The notes beneath the pieces are model-generated. The model had not been told where the DNA came from, ran no database searches, and saw nothing but the letters and a program-made list of their open reading frames with translations. Shown here in pieces: positions 40,299-53,355 of a stretch of DNA of 64,000 nt. A program made the translations under genes and the position numbers. Each line of letters starts with the position of its first letter. The stretch's first letter is position 1. The stretch is from Camelus ferus (taxonomy: Eukaryota): NCBI RefSeq assembly GCF_009834535.1, contig NC_045696.1, positions 91,824,001 to 91,888,000 of the forward strand. Reading direction: 5' to 3'.

Positions 40299-41054
40299 AA
40301 AATTCTCCAGGAGTGTCGGAGTGTTAATAAATATAAAGATGCTTATCTAGCTTCCCATAAATACTGAAGTCTTCTTTGTTAAAAAGAAGCACAGCTTTTA
40401 GAAAATAACTGCCCATTTTCTTAGGGTAAGCTGATAATGCTAATCTCAACTAACAGCATAAAGACATCTGAGTTGCCTGGTAAATATACTGCAATATCAC
40501 AATGTAATTGATTCCAAATATACTAACAGAGAATTTCTAATAGGTGGAACAAAAGACTGGGCTGAAGTCTGTCTGCATTATTTATGATGGAAATATTAAT
40601 GTAATAACCAGTAACAAACTTCAGAAAAGTACTTAAGTGTGAATTGTTACATTTGGAAATAATTAAAAAGTAAAACATTAGATTTGAGGGTTTATTAAAT
40701 CAAATTGGTGAAGTATTAAATCACACATTGCTTTGTCGTCCTGATTTTATTATTTATATATACTTCAGTGAATTAAAACTGAGCATTTATTAAACATTCT
40801 CTCATCTCAATATTTAGTAATTTAGATCACTCTTGCCAAACAATGCTGAATTTTTAGGTCATACAATATATACTGGGTCAATTACATTGCAATATAACTT
40901 CTCAGATTTTACTTCTCCTCATTTTGGCATTTAAATAAATGAGTTCAGCATACTACCTTATATGTTGCTATTTTATTGATGTTAAAATGTTTTTCAAAAT
41001 CATATTTTCCTACAGTTCAGAAAACTTTTATAACAACGACAACAATAACAACAA

Positions 41055-41262
41055 AAATAATAAAGAACTCTATTGAGCATTTACCAAGTGCCAGACACTG
41101 TGCTTAATAATTTACACGAAACATCACAATATTCCTACGAGGTTGATCCATTATCAGCCCCATTTGACAGTTAAGGGAATGGCGAGGCAAAGAGGTAAGC
41201 AAACTGAACAAGGCCACATAACCAGCAAGGACCGAGCCGGGATTTGAACCCATGCAGCTTGT
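41055..41262 (-). mobile_element. MIR SINE
   Basis: TTGAGCATTTACCAAGTGCCAGACACTGTGCT...GAGCCGGGATTTGAACCCA. Confidence 0.85.
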
Positions 41263-43821
41263 CTCTCATTCTGGTACCAATGTGGAGTTGACCATACTTT
41301 AATTTTGCACTTTTGATTATTTATTTGCATATCACTTTAGAAGATGAGTTTTATATGCTTGTACTTTGATTTCTGCCTTGATTAAATTGATACTTAATGG
41401 CTATTGACAGCAACTGAGGAGTTGGAAATGGCCTTACAAGAAAGAGAACTGAGCAGCAGCTGAAATCCACAAATATTATGCACATGAAGGAAAGTTAGGC
41501 AGAAGATTAACTTTACACATACTCCCAAATAAATATTTTTTTTAATCCCCTCACAAAACCCAGGGGTTCACAGAGGGAAAGAGTTTAGTGGTAATTCTCA
41601 TAAACCTTTGTTTTCATGCACATAAAATGTTTTCAGAATTAGCCCCAGTTAGTCAGTGTCTTTCTGCATAGTAAGAATTTGGCATGCTGCTCCTTTCCTC
41701 CTGAGAGAGAAATCAAAATGCTTGCCAAAGCACTTAATATTCTAGCTTCCACTGCAAATCTCTTTCATCTCCTTCTAACTCCCTCCAAATTGGCCTCAGA
41801 TTTGGGCAAAAGAAAGAAAGGCACTGAAGGAAAGAGGCACAAGGATAGTTGTTGGTGTTGCTATTTTTTCTACTGCAACAACAAAAAAATACTAATAATT
41901 ATGTGACACAAATTTTCTTTTAGTGTAATTCTTGCTATCAACCCTAGAAAGCTCTCTAGTTGTGGCTTCCTCACACAACAGCATAAAATCCCAGGCCAAT
42001 AATATAGTGTAAGTGAGGTACTAGATGACTGGCTTCTGACTGATAGACAATTTTGTTTTACTTTAATAGCCAAGTTTTTTTCCTCTAAAAATGATAGGAA
42101 ATAGAGAAAATTATAACCTATTCTTCTAGATAGTAAGATACGAGGAATAATATATCTAGCCAAAGAAAACAAGATTAATAAAGAAAATCTAGGATTTAAC
42201 ATTCACAAGAAAATAAACTTTCCATTTTAGAAAGTAAGAGCTATAAAACAGGTTATACTAATGTTTCTTTTGTCAAAGGCATACACATAACATGTTTTCA
42301 GCTCATATTCTAATTAGTTTTTCATTAAGTTAAAAAAAGAAAAAAATAAGATAGGCCTGTTTGAAATGTGATGTTGGTGAGAAAGACCTAAAAACATTAG
42401 ATAAAGTCTGACACAGAAGAACAATGGTGGAAAATACTCCAAGAAAATGCTGCTTTTAACAGACGCAACTTAAAAAAAATAAAGACAGGCTAAAAGCAAA
42501 GGATTAGAGAAAGAGAAAACAAATAAATCTAAGCAAAAGGAAAGGAACAATAGAACACAGCACGTTTATTAGCTATCTTCTTCCTCAGATTAGCAGCCCC
42601 CCAGATCTGCTGGACACTCTAACTAGGCATTTTCAGTCCTTTTATTTTTGTTTCTCTCCTGTGCCTCTTCAAAATCTTCTGGCTTAATATCAGAAGAAAG
42701 CTATTAACTTCATTTCACAAAATTATTTATTTTACAAAACCGAAGTTATTAACAAAAGAATAAGGAAAACTTAAATCACACACCTATCTATGTATGGCTT
42801 AGTGAGTGTTGTAGGTTTGGCACTAGTTATTCTACTTGGCAATGGTGTACTTCCAGTCTAAGCTTGAGTCTGAAATATATTCTGCTGTTAAGACTGGCCA
42901 CAAATACTACCATACCTTCCAACTGTACATTTGCTTTTTAACCTAAGTGTTGACCAACTGCTTTGTTTTACTCTTCTGTCCCTTCCCTATCCTAATCCCC
43001 TCCCCACTCATAACTCTACCACCTTATTTGACCATCTCTGATGCAATTACATTCAGTTGGATAGTTTCATTAGTCATAGTGAAAAGCTACATAAACTTAG
43101 ACCGCCTATTGGACAGAATAACATATTGAAAATGAAGACTCTTTTTATTCCTTGATTGTATCATTATGCTCACTGTTATCAGAACTATATTTGCACGTTA
43201 ATGACAGGATATGGACTGAAAAACTCTCTTGAGTTTGTCAAAATAATAATAGAATGATGCAAAATACACATGAATGAATATTCAAATATCTTTCTCAAGA
43301 TATACCACCTGGAAAAAGTTAGAAAATGATGAGTCATTCATGAATAAATGAATGAGTTAACCTACATCTTTTTCTACAGATTTTTTCAAATGGCAAGAAG
43401 AGGGGCAGAAGGATTACCCTGATCCCAGAACCTCACCACAATAATTATGTTCCATTAATTAAAAAAAAATTCTAATAGATAAAAAATGATTCTAAATTAG
43501 ATCAACATTAGGATTAAAACTTACATAATTATATGAGTTGCTGTGTGAGTCCTCTCTCCTGAGCAATAATCAGGGACTTTCATTAATATACCAATAAAGC
43601 AAAATGTATAAAGTAATCATTCACATGTTTTTAGATAGAGAATTACAAATTCAAAGCTATGATTCTGATGGCCACACAAAACATCTAAAAAAATTCATAA
43701 TATTTATAAATACATGTTTCTAAATATGAAGCCTTATTCCCTGAAAAAAAATCTATCATTTTACTAATATACAATTTGGAAAAGAATGTTCCACATGAAA
43801 ATAAATGTGATTTTCTTTTAC

Positions 43822-43861
43822 CTTTATCTCATGTACAGTATGTCTTTGAACGAAAAGGGTC
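43822..43861 (-). other. Candidate 40-bp alternative/cryptic LEKR1 exon
   Basis: Minus strand tttttttgtcttcAG|GACCC...GATAAAG|GTaaaa in apparently non-repetitive sequence; splice motifs only. Confidence 0.4.
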
Positions 43862-45279
43862 CTGAAGACAAAAAAAAGCTTTAAAAAGAAATTTGTTAAG
43901 TTCATCAACATAATTATTGACATACAAAAAATTTATTATTACAAAGTGAAAATTTTTTCTCCTCTGAGCTTTGATTAAAAGCTAATACATTTAAATATGC
44001 ATTTTCCATCCCCAGCCTCCCTGCTACACTTCATCCCCAACTTGGGCAAGGCAAATGTTATAAATCATTTTCAGTTTTTCCTGTTTCTCTGCCCCTCTTT
44101 CTGAGCTCAGGCACAGGCATTCCACAGTGTACCTGCTGGCTTGCAGCAGGTAAAACACATCCCTCTTCTTCCAAGAGCAGACGATGACAAAACCCAGGAC
44201 TAATCATATACAAGTGACAAAACTCAATATGAAAATTCATGTTCATTAACAGAAAATGGAATATAAACTCTAGGAAATTGTTATGATTCAGTATTTTAAA
44301 TTATATTTGAATGATGCACTTTCCAATGTGTCATTGACATTCATCTGAAACCATGTAGAGGCAAAGTGAGAATATCTTTCACAGCAATATAAGCATTTAT
44401 CTGGGTACAAATATTAGAGGATTCATCATGAGTGAGGTTGCCTGCTGAGAACAGAAACTGAAATGCCAGGAGGCATATTAAAAGCCAGTGTAAATGATGC
44501 AATTCATGGCAGACAGCCATTTAGAGGCCTACATGCATTTATTGTTAATAGAAAACAGAGGTGGCAGTAAGAGAAACACTGTTCCATTTCTCCATTCTTG
44601 ACATGAATATCATTTTTAATATACAACAACCCATAAGCCTGAGCACCTTCCAGGAGGTGTGTAAACACTTCTATGTTAGATTACTGTGGTAAAACTAAAA
44701 TGAAATGTAATATGAAAATGTTTGCTTCATGATTAATAATCACATGTTTCAATCACTCAGCAAATTAGCACACACCTTCCATGTGCCCACCACTAGGTGC
44801 TGGGTCTTCTGGGTGATACAGGGAAAGATAAAGATAATTACTGCCCTCAAGGATTTTGACATATTAAAAAGGAAAGACTTAAGAACAAACAGCAACAAAA
44901 GTACAAAATAAGACAGTACCTACTCAACTGCTAAACTGTTAGAAAATACAAGTGCTACATGATATCAAAAAGAGATTATTATGGGCTGGAGCAAATGGAG
45001 GTAACATCATAAAAAAGAAGGACCTTGAAGAATCAAAATAATCTAATCACAAAAAAAGAAGTGAAACGGGTAGTTTACTTTGGCTAGGAAAAAAAAAAAA
45101 ACATGTGCAAACACACAAAAATGAGAATGGCCTCAGAAAGTTTCATACTAATTTAAATCTATATCAAAATTATAAACTTTTTAACATATATAGATGAGTT
45201 ACTTTCCCAAGATTAATCATAAGTCCTAGGATAGTTCCAGTTTAAGATTGTTCAAGAACAATTACTGAGGATAAGAAAA

Positions 45280-47472
45280 CCTGACCTGTAAATGACAAAT
45301 TGCTGAAGGCTCACTGTGGACAACTCTGAGAGGGACCTAGTCATAGTGCTGCTTCCATAATACTTGCGATTTACCTCTGGGAACTCAACCAGGTTCCCAT
45401 AGTAGATATTAAATAAAAACCCCCTTCTGATTCTAGCAGGGGGGAGAGAAAATGAATATGCCAGAGCATTCTGTTCTTCTTAACAATATCTGCACCCATG
45501 GGAAACTAGTTAACCAGAACCTAACCTACTGAGGTATTATCAGAGCCTAACAGGCCTTGCAAAGGGGAATACCCAACTCCAGGTCACTCTAGCCATCCTG
45601 TCCCAAATAAAGGCTTGGGGTTGGGGGTGGACATGGGTGGAGGTGAGAAATCTTGTGAGGTTCACAGTACAGAGACTCACTACAAGAGTGAGACTTACTC
45701 ATAGGACTATAGATCACTTCCCTTCCCCCAGCACCTCACCACCACATTACTAAAGGCCTACTGATAGCAGTTCTTTTTACCTTGTACCTTATGTCCAGCT
45801 ATCAAGAAAAAATTGTAAGGCATACCAAAAGGCAAGAAAACAAAATTTGAAGAGACAGAGCAAGCATCAAAGTCAGACATGGCAGGGATATTGGAATTAT
45901 CAGACCATGAAGTTAAACAACAATAATTAATACACTAAGAGCTCTAATGGATGAAGTAGACAGCATACAAGAGCAGACAGGCAATGTAAGCAGACAGATG
46001 AAATTCCTAAGAAAAACCTAAAAAGAAATGTTAGAGACTAAAAACATTATAACCGAAATGAAGAATGCCTTTGATGCACTTATTAGTAGACAACATAGCT
46101 GAGGAAAGAATCTCTCAGTTAGAGGATGAATCAATAGAATCCTTGAAACCCAAAAAAGCAAAGAGAACTAAGAATGAAAAAAACACAACAGACTATACAA
46201 GTATTGTGGGGCAACCACAAAAGGCATAACACATGCATACTGAGAATAAGAGAAGAAGAAAAAGAGAAGGGACAAAAGAAATATTTGAAGCAACAATGAC
46301 TGAGAATTTCCCCCAGATTAATGTCAGACACCAAAGCACAGATCCAGGAACCTCAGAGAACACCATGCAGGACATGCAAAACAAACAAACAAACAAACAA
46401 AAAATACAACACCCTTAGGAATATCATCTCTAAAGTACAGAATATTCGAGGTAAGTTAAAAAAAAAATACTTAAACATGCCAAAGGACAGAAACACTTAT
46501 CTATATAGGAACAAAGTAAGATTTACATGTTACTTCCCCTCAGAAAACTTGCATGCAAGAATAGAGTAGATAAATATTTAAAGTGTTAAGAGAAAAACCC
46601 CCAACACCCTAGAATTCTGTATGCTGTAAAATTAGCCTTCAAAAGTGAAGGAGAAATAAAGACTTTCTCAAACAAAAATTGAGGAAATCTGCTGTCAGTA
46701 GAATGGCCTTGCAAGAAGTATTTTAAAAGTTTTTTGGAGACAAGGAAAATAATACAAGTCAAAAACTGGTATCTACATCAAGAAAGAAAGAATATCAAAG
46801 AAGGAATAAGTGAAGGTTAAAAAAAAACTTGTTTTTCTTATTCTTAATTGATCTAACAGATAACTGCTCAAAATGACAATATCAATGATGTATTTGATTA
46901 TGAATGCTTATGTATATAACTTACGAGTGTGTGTGTGTATATATATGTTTATGTATGTTTATATATAAGCGAGATGAATGACAGCAAGGATACAAGGGAT
47001 TGGAGAAAGAAATCAGGATTATTTGTTATTATAAGATACACACAATACTATTCATGTAGTGGTATAGTGTTATTTGAAAGTGAACTTGGATTAGTTGTAA
47101 ATGTATACTGCAAACGCCAGAGCCACCACTGAAAAAGCAAAAAAGAAAAAAAAGTATAATGTATATGCCAAAAAAAGAAAAGTGAATCATATAAAATGTT
47201 CAATTAAAAACACAAAAGACAGGGAAAAAGTAAAAGAAAAAAAGAACAAAGAACAAGGGCAATAAGTAAAGAGCAATACAAATATGGTGGAAATTAATTC
47301 AACTATATCAATAATCACTGTGAGTGGTAAAGGTCTAAGTATACCAATTAAAAGACAGAGATTATCACAGTGAATCCAAAAAAAAAAAAAAAACCCACAA
47401 AAAACAAAAACAAATAAACTACATAGTCTGTTACAAACCTACTTTAAATATAAAGACACACACAGATTAAAA
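45280..47472 (+). mobile_element. Old L1 (L1MC/MD-like) 5' region, ORF1 remnant and start of ORF2
   Basis: EIFEATMTENFPQI ORF1 motif, CCTAGAATTCTGTA...GAAGGAGAAATAAAGAC, endonuclease start CCAATTAAAAGACAGAG. Confidence 0.85.
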
Positions 47473-48100
47473 GATTAAAAACAAACAAATGGCACAACAT
47501 GAAACTTAAAAGCTTTTACACAATGAAGCAAATAATCAACAAAACAAAAAGACCATTTACTTAATGGGAGAAGATATTTGCAAATGATATATCTAGTTAA
47601 GGATTAATATCCAAAATATACAAAGAACAAACAACCCAGTTAAAAAATGGGCAGAGTATCCAAAAAGATATTTTTCCAAAGAAGATATAGAGATGGCCAA
47701 AAGACACATGCAAAGGTGCTCAACATAACTAAACATCAGGGAAATGCAAATCAAAACCACAATGAGATATCACCTCACACCTGTCAAAAGAACTATTATC
47801 AAAAAGATAACAAATAACAGATACTGGCAAGGTTGTGGAGAAAAGTAAACATTTGTGCACTGTTGGTAGGAATGTCAATTGGTGTAGCCACTATGGAAAA
47901 CAGTATAGAATTTCCTCAAAAATTAATAGTAGATCCAGCAATTCTACTCCTGGGCATATATCTGAAGAAAACAAAAACATTAATTCAAAAATACATGCAC
48001 TCCAATGTTCATAGCAGCATTATTTACAATTGCCAAGGTATGGAAGCAATGTAAATACCCATCAATAGACAAATGAATAAAGAAGAAGTGAGACACACAT
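47473..48100 (+). mobile_element. L1 ORF2 C-terminal fragment lacking 3'UTR
   Basis: GGGAAATGCAAATCAAAACCACAATGAGATATCACCTCACACC; ends in a CA repeat. Confidence 0.9.
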
Positions 48101-48110
48101 CAACACAAAT

Positions 48111-48137
48111 ACACACACACACACACACACACACACA
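48111..48137 (+). repeat. (CA)n microsatellite
   Basis: AC run at the L1/L1 junction. Confidence 0.9.
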
Positions 48138-48139
48138 TA

Positions 48140-51100
48140 CTGAAATATTTCTTAATTTCTCCTTCTGATAGTTCATTGTTAGTACATAGAAATGCAGAAA
48201 ATTTCATGTTACTTTTGTGTCCTGCAAATTTACTGAATTCATTTAGCAGTTCTAACAGTTTTTTGATGGCATCTTTAGGATTTTCTATATATAGCATCAC
48301 ATCATCTGCAAACAGTGACAGTTTTACTTCTTCCTTTCCAGTTAGTATTCTTTTTGTTTCATTTTCTTGCCTGATTGCTTTGGCTAGGACTTCCAATATT
48401 GTGTTGAATAAAAGTGGTGAGGGTGGGCATCCTTGTCCTGTCCCTGATCTTAGAGGAAAAGTTTTCAGCTTTTCAGCATTAAGTATGATGTGGACTGTAA
48501 GTCTGTCATATATGACCTTTATTATATTGAGGTTTTTATCCCACTTTCTAGAGAGTTTTTATCATAAATGGATGTTAAGTTCTGTCAAAAGCTTTTCCTG
48601 CATCTATTGAAATAATCATATGGTTTTTACTGTTCAATTTGTTAATATGGTATATCACATTGATTGATTTGTGAATACTGAACAATCCTCACATCTCTGG
48701 GATAAATCCCACTTGATCATGGTGTATGATCCTTTTAATGTATTGTTGAATTTGGTTTGCTAATATTTTGTTGAGGATTTTTGCATCTATGTTCATCAGT
48801 GATACTGGCCTGTAATTTCTTTTTGTATGTGTGATCTTTGGTTTTGGGATCAGGCTGGCCTCAAAGAACGAATTCAGAAGCATTCCATCTTCTTCAGTTT
48901 TTGGAAATAATTTGAGAAGGATAGGTGTCAACTCTTTTTTAAATGTTTGTTAGCATTCATCTATGAAGATATCTGGTCCTAGACATTTGTTTTGGGGGAC
49001 TGTTTTTATTACTGATTCAATTTCATTACTAGAAATTGATATGTTCTTATTTTATATATCTTCCTGGTTTAGTCTTGGAATATTATGTATATATTTCTAT
49101 AAATTTACCCATTTCTTCTAGGTTGTCCAGTTTATTGGTGTATAATTTTTCATAGTAATCTCTTACAATCCTTTCTTTTTCTCTGGTGTCTCGTGTAACT
49201 TCTCTTTCATTTCTGATTTTAGTGGTTGGACTTTCTCTTTTTTTCATGATGAGTCTGGCTAAAGGTTTGTCAATCTTGCTTATCTTTTTAAGGAGCTGAC
49301 TCTTATTGTCATTAATCTTTTCTATTGTTATTTTCAGTTTATATTTCACTTATTTTTACTCTAACCTTATTATTTCTTTCCTTCTACTAAATGTGGGTTT
49401 TGTTTTTTCTTCTTTTTCTAGTTCCTTTAGGTATAAGATTAGATTGTTTGAGAATTCTCTTGTTTCTTGAGGGCGGTCTGTAATGCTATAAACTTCTTTC
49501 TAAGAAGTGCTTTACTACATATGATAAATTTTGGATTGTTCTGTTTTGATTTTCATTTGTGTTCAGGTATTTCCTGATTACCTCTTTGATTTTTTCAATG
49601 ACTCGTTGGTTATTCAGTAGCATATTTTTTAGCATTCAAGTATTTGTGTTTTTTGCAGTTTTTTTTTCTTGTATTTAATTTCTAGTCTCATACCTTTTTT
49701 AGTCAGAAAAGATGCCTTATATGATTTCAATCTTCTTAAATGTATTGAGACTTGTTTTCTGGACTAGCATATAATCTATCCTGGAGAGTGTTACATGTGC
49801 AGTTGTTTTTAGATGGAATGTTGTGTATAGGTCTATTAAATCTACCTGATATGTCATTTAAGGCTAGTGTTTCCTTATTAATTTTCTGTCTGGATGATCT
49901 GTTCATTATGTAAGTGAGGTATTAAAGTCCTCTACTATTATTGTATTACCATCTATTTCTCCCTTTATGTTTGCTAATACTTGCTTTATGTATTTAGGTG
50001 CTCCTGTGTTGTGTACATATATATATTTACAGCTGTTATATCTTTATAGATTGATTCTTTGATCATTATGTAATATCCTTCTTTGTCTCTTGTTATAGTC
50101 TTTGTTTTAAAGCCTCTTTTGTCTGACATAATCATTATTACCCCACCATTCTTTTCATTTCCATTTGAATGGAATATCTTTTTCCCTTCAGCAACTCTAT
50201 GGCTTTTTATTGGAGTATTTAGTCCATTTATATTTAAAGTAATTATTGCTAGGTATGTACTTACTATCATTTTGTTACTTGTTTTCTGGTTGCTTCTATA
50301 GTTCTTTTTGTTTGTTTCTTCTTATGCTGTCTTCCCCTTTCATTTGATGACTATAGTTAGTGTTAAGTTTGTATTTGTTTCTTTTGCATGTGTGCAGCCA
50401 TTATAAATTTTTGGTTTATGATTACAGTGAGGTTCATATATAACCGTCTATATTTATAGGTGACTATATTTATATTTAACTTGATAATCTCTGAAGTTTC
50501 AACAAATTCTAATAAGCCTCCCTCTTCTACTTCCTTTTTTGAAGATACACAGTGGATTTATTAATACAGCATTAAGTTTCTTTGTGTAAAAAAAATTTTT
50601 GTACATAGTAATAAAAAAGATAAGGCAGGATGCATCAAACACAAAACTTCTGGTTCTTTCCCTCTGGGTTCTTTCAAAGCCACTGATGTGTTTTTGATGT
50701 CATTATTTTACATCTTTTTATTTTGTGTATCTCTTAAATACTTATTGTAGATACATGATTTTACTACTTCTGTCTTTTAACCTTCCTAATAGCTTTATAA
50801 TGGTTGATCCACTAACTTTACTGTATGTTTGCCTTTACCAATGAGATTTTTCCTCTTGTAATTTTCTTATCTCTTGTTGTAGACTTTTCTTTTCCACTTA
50901 AAAAAGTCCCCTTAAAATTTCTTTTAAGGCCAGTTTAGTGGTGCTGAACTCTTAAACTTCTGCTTGCCTGTAAAATTCTTTACTTCTACTTCAATTCTGA
51001 ATGATAAACTTGCTGGGTATTCTTGGTTATAGGTTTTTTTCCTTTCAGAACTCTGAATGCATGGTGCCACTCCCTTCTGACCTTCAAAGTTTCTGCTGAG

Positions 51101-51165
51101 AAGTCAGCTGGTGGTCTTATGGAAGTTCCCTTGCAGGTAACTAGCTCTTCTCTTGCTGCTAAGGA
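48140..51165 (-). mobile_element. L1 ORF1 end, inter-ORF region and ORF2 endonuclease/RT, lacking 3' part
   Basis: [38 protein letters not shown] in the ORF track. Confidence 0.92.
50535..50688 (-). pseudogene. Short mRNA 3'-end-like insertion inside L1 (parent unidentified)
   Basis: Non-L1 sequence; minus-strand AATAAA (50557-50562) 16 nt before an A6 tract; L1 resumes after about 50688. Confidence 0.55.
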
Positions 51166-51339
51166 TCTGGCATTTTAGCTGAGACCTGTAAAAGGGAATA
51201 GAAGATTCTGGAAGGGGAAGAGTCCCCATCAGAAAGTACAGTACATTCAAAGGGACAGAGTTGAGAGTATGGTACATTTCAGAAACTGGGAGAAAAAAAA
51301 AAGTCAAGGATGACTGGAACAAAGAGAGTGAGGTTGAGG

Positions 51340-53055
51340 GATAACCATGGGCTACAAACCACACAGAGTCTCAAACCATAAAGAGGATTTTGAACTTTGT
51401 TCTAAGGTAAATGCAAACCTGTGGCAGGTAAAGTGGTAGAGTGTAATGATCAGAGATGTATTTTGACACAATCATCTCAGGTATAGACTAAAGAATAGAT
51501 TAGAAATGGGCAACAGGTCATGTAGGAAGACAACTGTAGATGTCCCAACAGACAATGGACCAGGATGGTGGCCGTATGGATTGAGAAGCAAATGGACAGA
51601 TTTAAGAGATATTTAGAAAGAAGTGGTAAAATAGGAAAAATCAAGAATGATGACCAGGATTGATAATAATCATAATTATAATTTGGTACATAAGTAATTC
51701 ATACATTTTATTAAATGTACATATATATATAAACACCTCACAACAACCCTATTTAATACTCAGAATAACCTTGTGATATAGGTAGTATTATTACTCCCAT
51801 TTTACAAACTAGGAAACTGAGGCAAGTCCACACCACTAGCAACTTGTGGAGACAGGATTCAAACTCAGTCAGTCTGATTACAGAACCCAGATTCTCAACA
51901 CTACCTTAAATCCAGTGTAGCAATGATGGGGGTAACATTTCCTGGCATTAAGTACACAAGAGTAGCAGATGTGGACAGAAGATGACCAGTTCACATGGGG
52001 CACTGTTGAAGCCAGTGATGCAGCCAGGTGGAGATACTGATTGGAGAGTTGAATAGATTAGTCTGCAGCTCAGAGGATAAGTTAGAAGCATAAGTGGAGA
52101 TTCATAAGCCCACAACACAAAGAGGGTAACTAAAGCCTTGGGAATGGGTAAGAGCAACTGGAAACAGAAGAGAGGATGTAGAATGAAAACAGAAAAGAGC
52201 TATAGACAGAGCCCTGAAAGGGTCCAGTATTTACAGTGAAGGAAGAAGTGGAGAGGCCAGGAAAGGATAATGGGGGATGGCAAAGATCATGAGAGGCCAC
52301 ACAAAACCCAGAAGAATATGATATTATAGAAGTAAAAGAAGAGTACTTTGGGTAGAAGGGATAAAATATTATGTCAATGCTTCTAAGAAGTCAAGAAAAA
52401 TAAATAACTAGCATTTCTTAGGTTTAGTAACATGCCAGTAACTGGTGATCTGAATTAGAACATTTTCTTTGAAATGATGCTAAAAGAAGCCAGATTACAG
52501 TGAGCTGAGGTATGTATGGAAGTGAGAAAATAGAGACAGTAAGTCCAGATAATTTATTTGATAAGAGTAGCAAGAAAAGGGAGGGGAAGCTAAGGTAGTA
52601 GCTGGAAGAAGACTCAGATTGAGTTAAGGTTTCATTTGTTTGTTTGGAGAGTCCTAAGGAAATGTCGCTGGAAAGGACAGAGTTTGTAGAGAAAGAGAAG
52701 GTAAAAATATGATAGAAAGAGGAAATAATAGGTAGTATCAGGTTCCTGACAGCTAGGGTACCAGTTTAAAGAGTGTGGTGAGCTGGAGTCATTCACATTA
52801 GGGGTTTTCTAGGTTGATATGACAGAAGTATACTGGGACAAGAAACTTTAAGGTACTATCAAGGGAATGGTTAACATCACAGACTGGAAGCTAAACTGGA
52901 CAGGAAAAAAGCGATAACAGAAAGAGACAGAGAGCACGCAGAGGCATCAACAGACTTCAGGCCTCAAAGAAATTGATCAAGTTGGAAGATGAGGAGACTA
53001 TAACAGACAATGGGTGTCTGAATTAATAATTTCAGATGTGGAGCCATTTTGGCTG
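51340..53055 (-). mobile_element. L2 fragments with nested MIR (about 51730-51905)
   Basis: Antisense L2 motifs (GGACAGATTTAAGAGATATTTAG, GACAGAGCCCTGA); MIR core CCCATTTTACAAACTAGGAAACTGAGGC. Confidence 0.7.
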
Positions 53056-53062
53056 ATGAAAA

Positions 53063-53355
53063 TTTTTTTTATTTTTACCACATCTTTAGTTTACTTTAAA
53101 ATAAGGCCAGTAATACATGAACATTTCTTGCTGAATTCATCACACTGTTTCCAGGGACAGCTTCCCTAACAGCTCTAAGAACTCAACCAATATTTGATAA
53201 TACTGGATGGTTTTTTATACAGTTGAGTTTTTTCAGTCCAGCAAGACAAGGCTCATGATCCGGTGTGCCCTGTCCCTTCAGAGCAGGTCTCCAATGACAG
53301 TTCCTTCATGCTGCTGCTTGCCATAGCCATATCTGTTTGGTTTCTTCAGCTACCC
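53063..53355 (-). pseudogene. 5'-truncated processed pseudogene candidate: C-terminal coding remnant, 3'UTR and poly(A) (parent unidentified)
   Basis: Minus strand reads LKKPNRYGYGKQQHEGTVIGDLL* (53349-53278), about 200 nt UTR-like sequence, AGTAAA (53090-53095) and A-rich tail 53063-53076. Confidence 0.55.
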
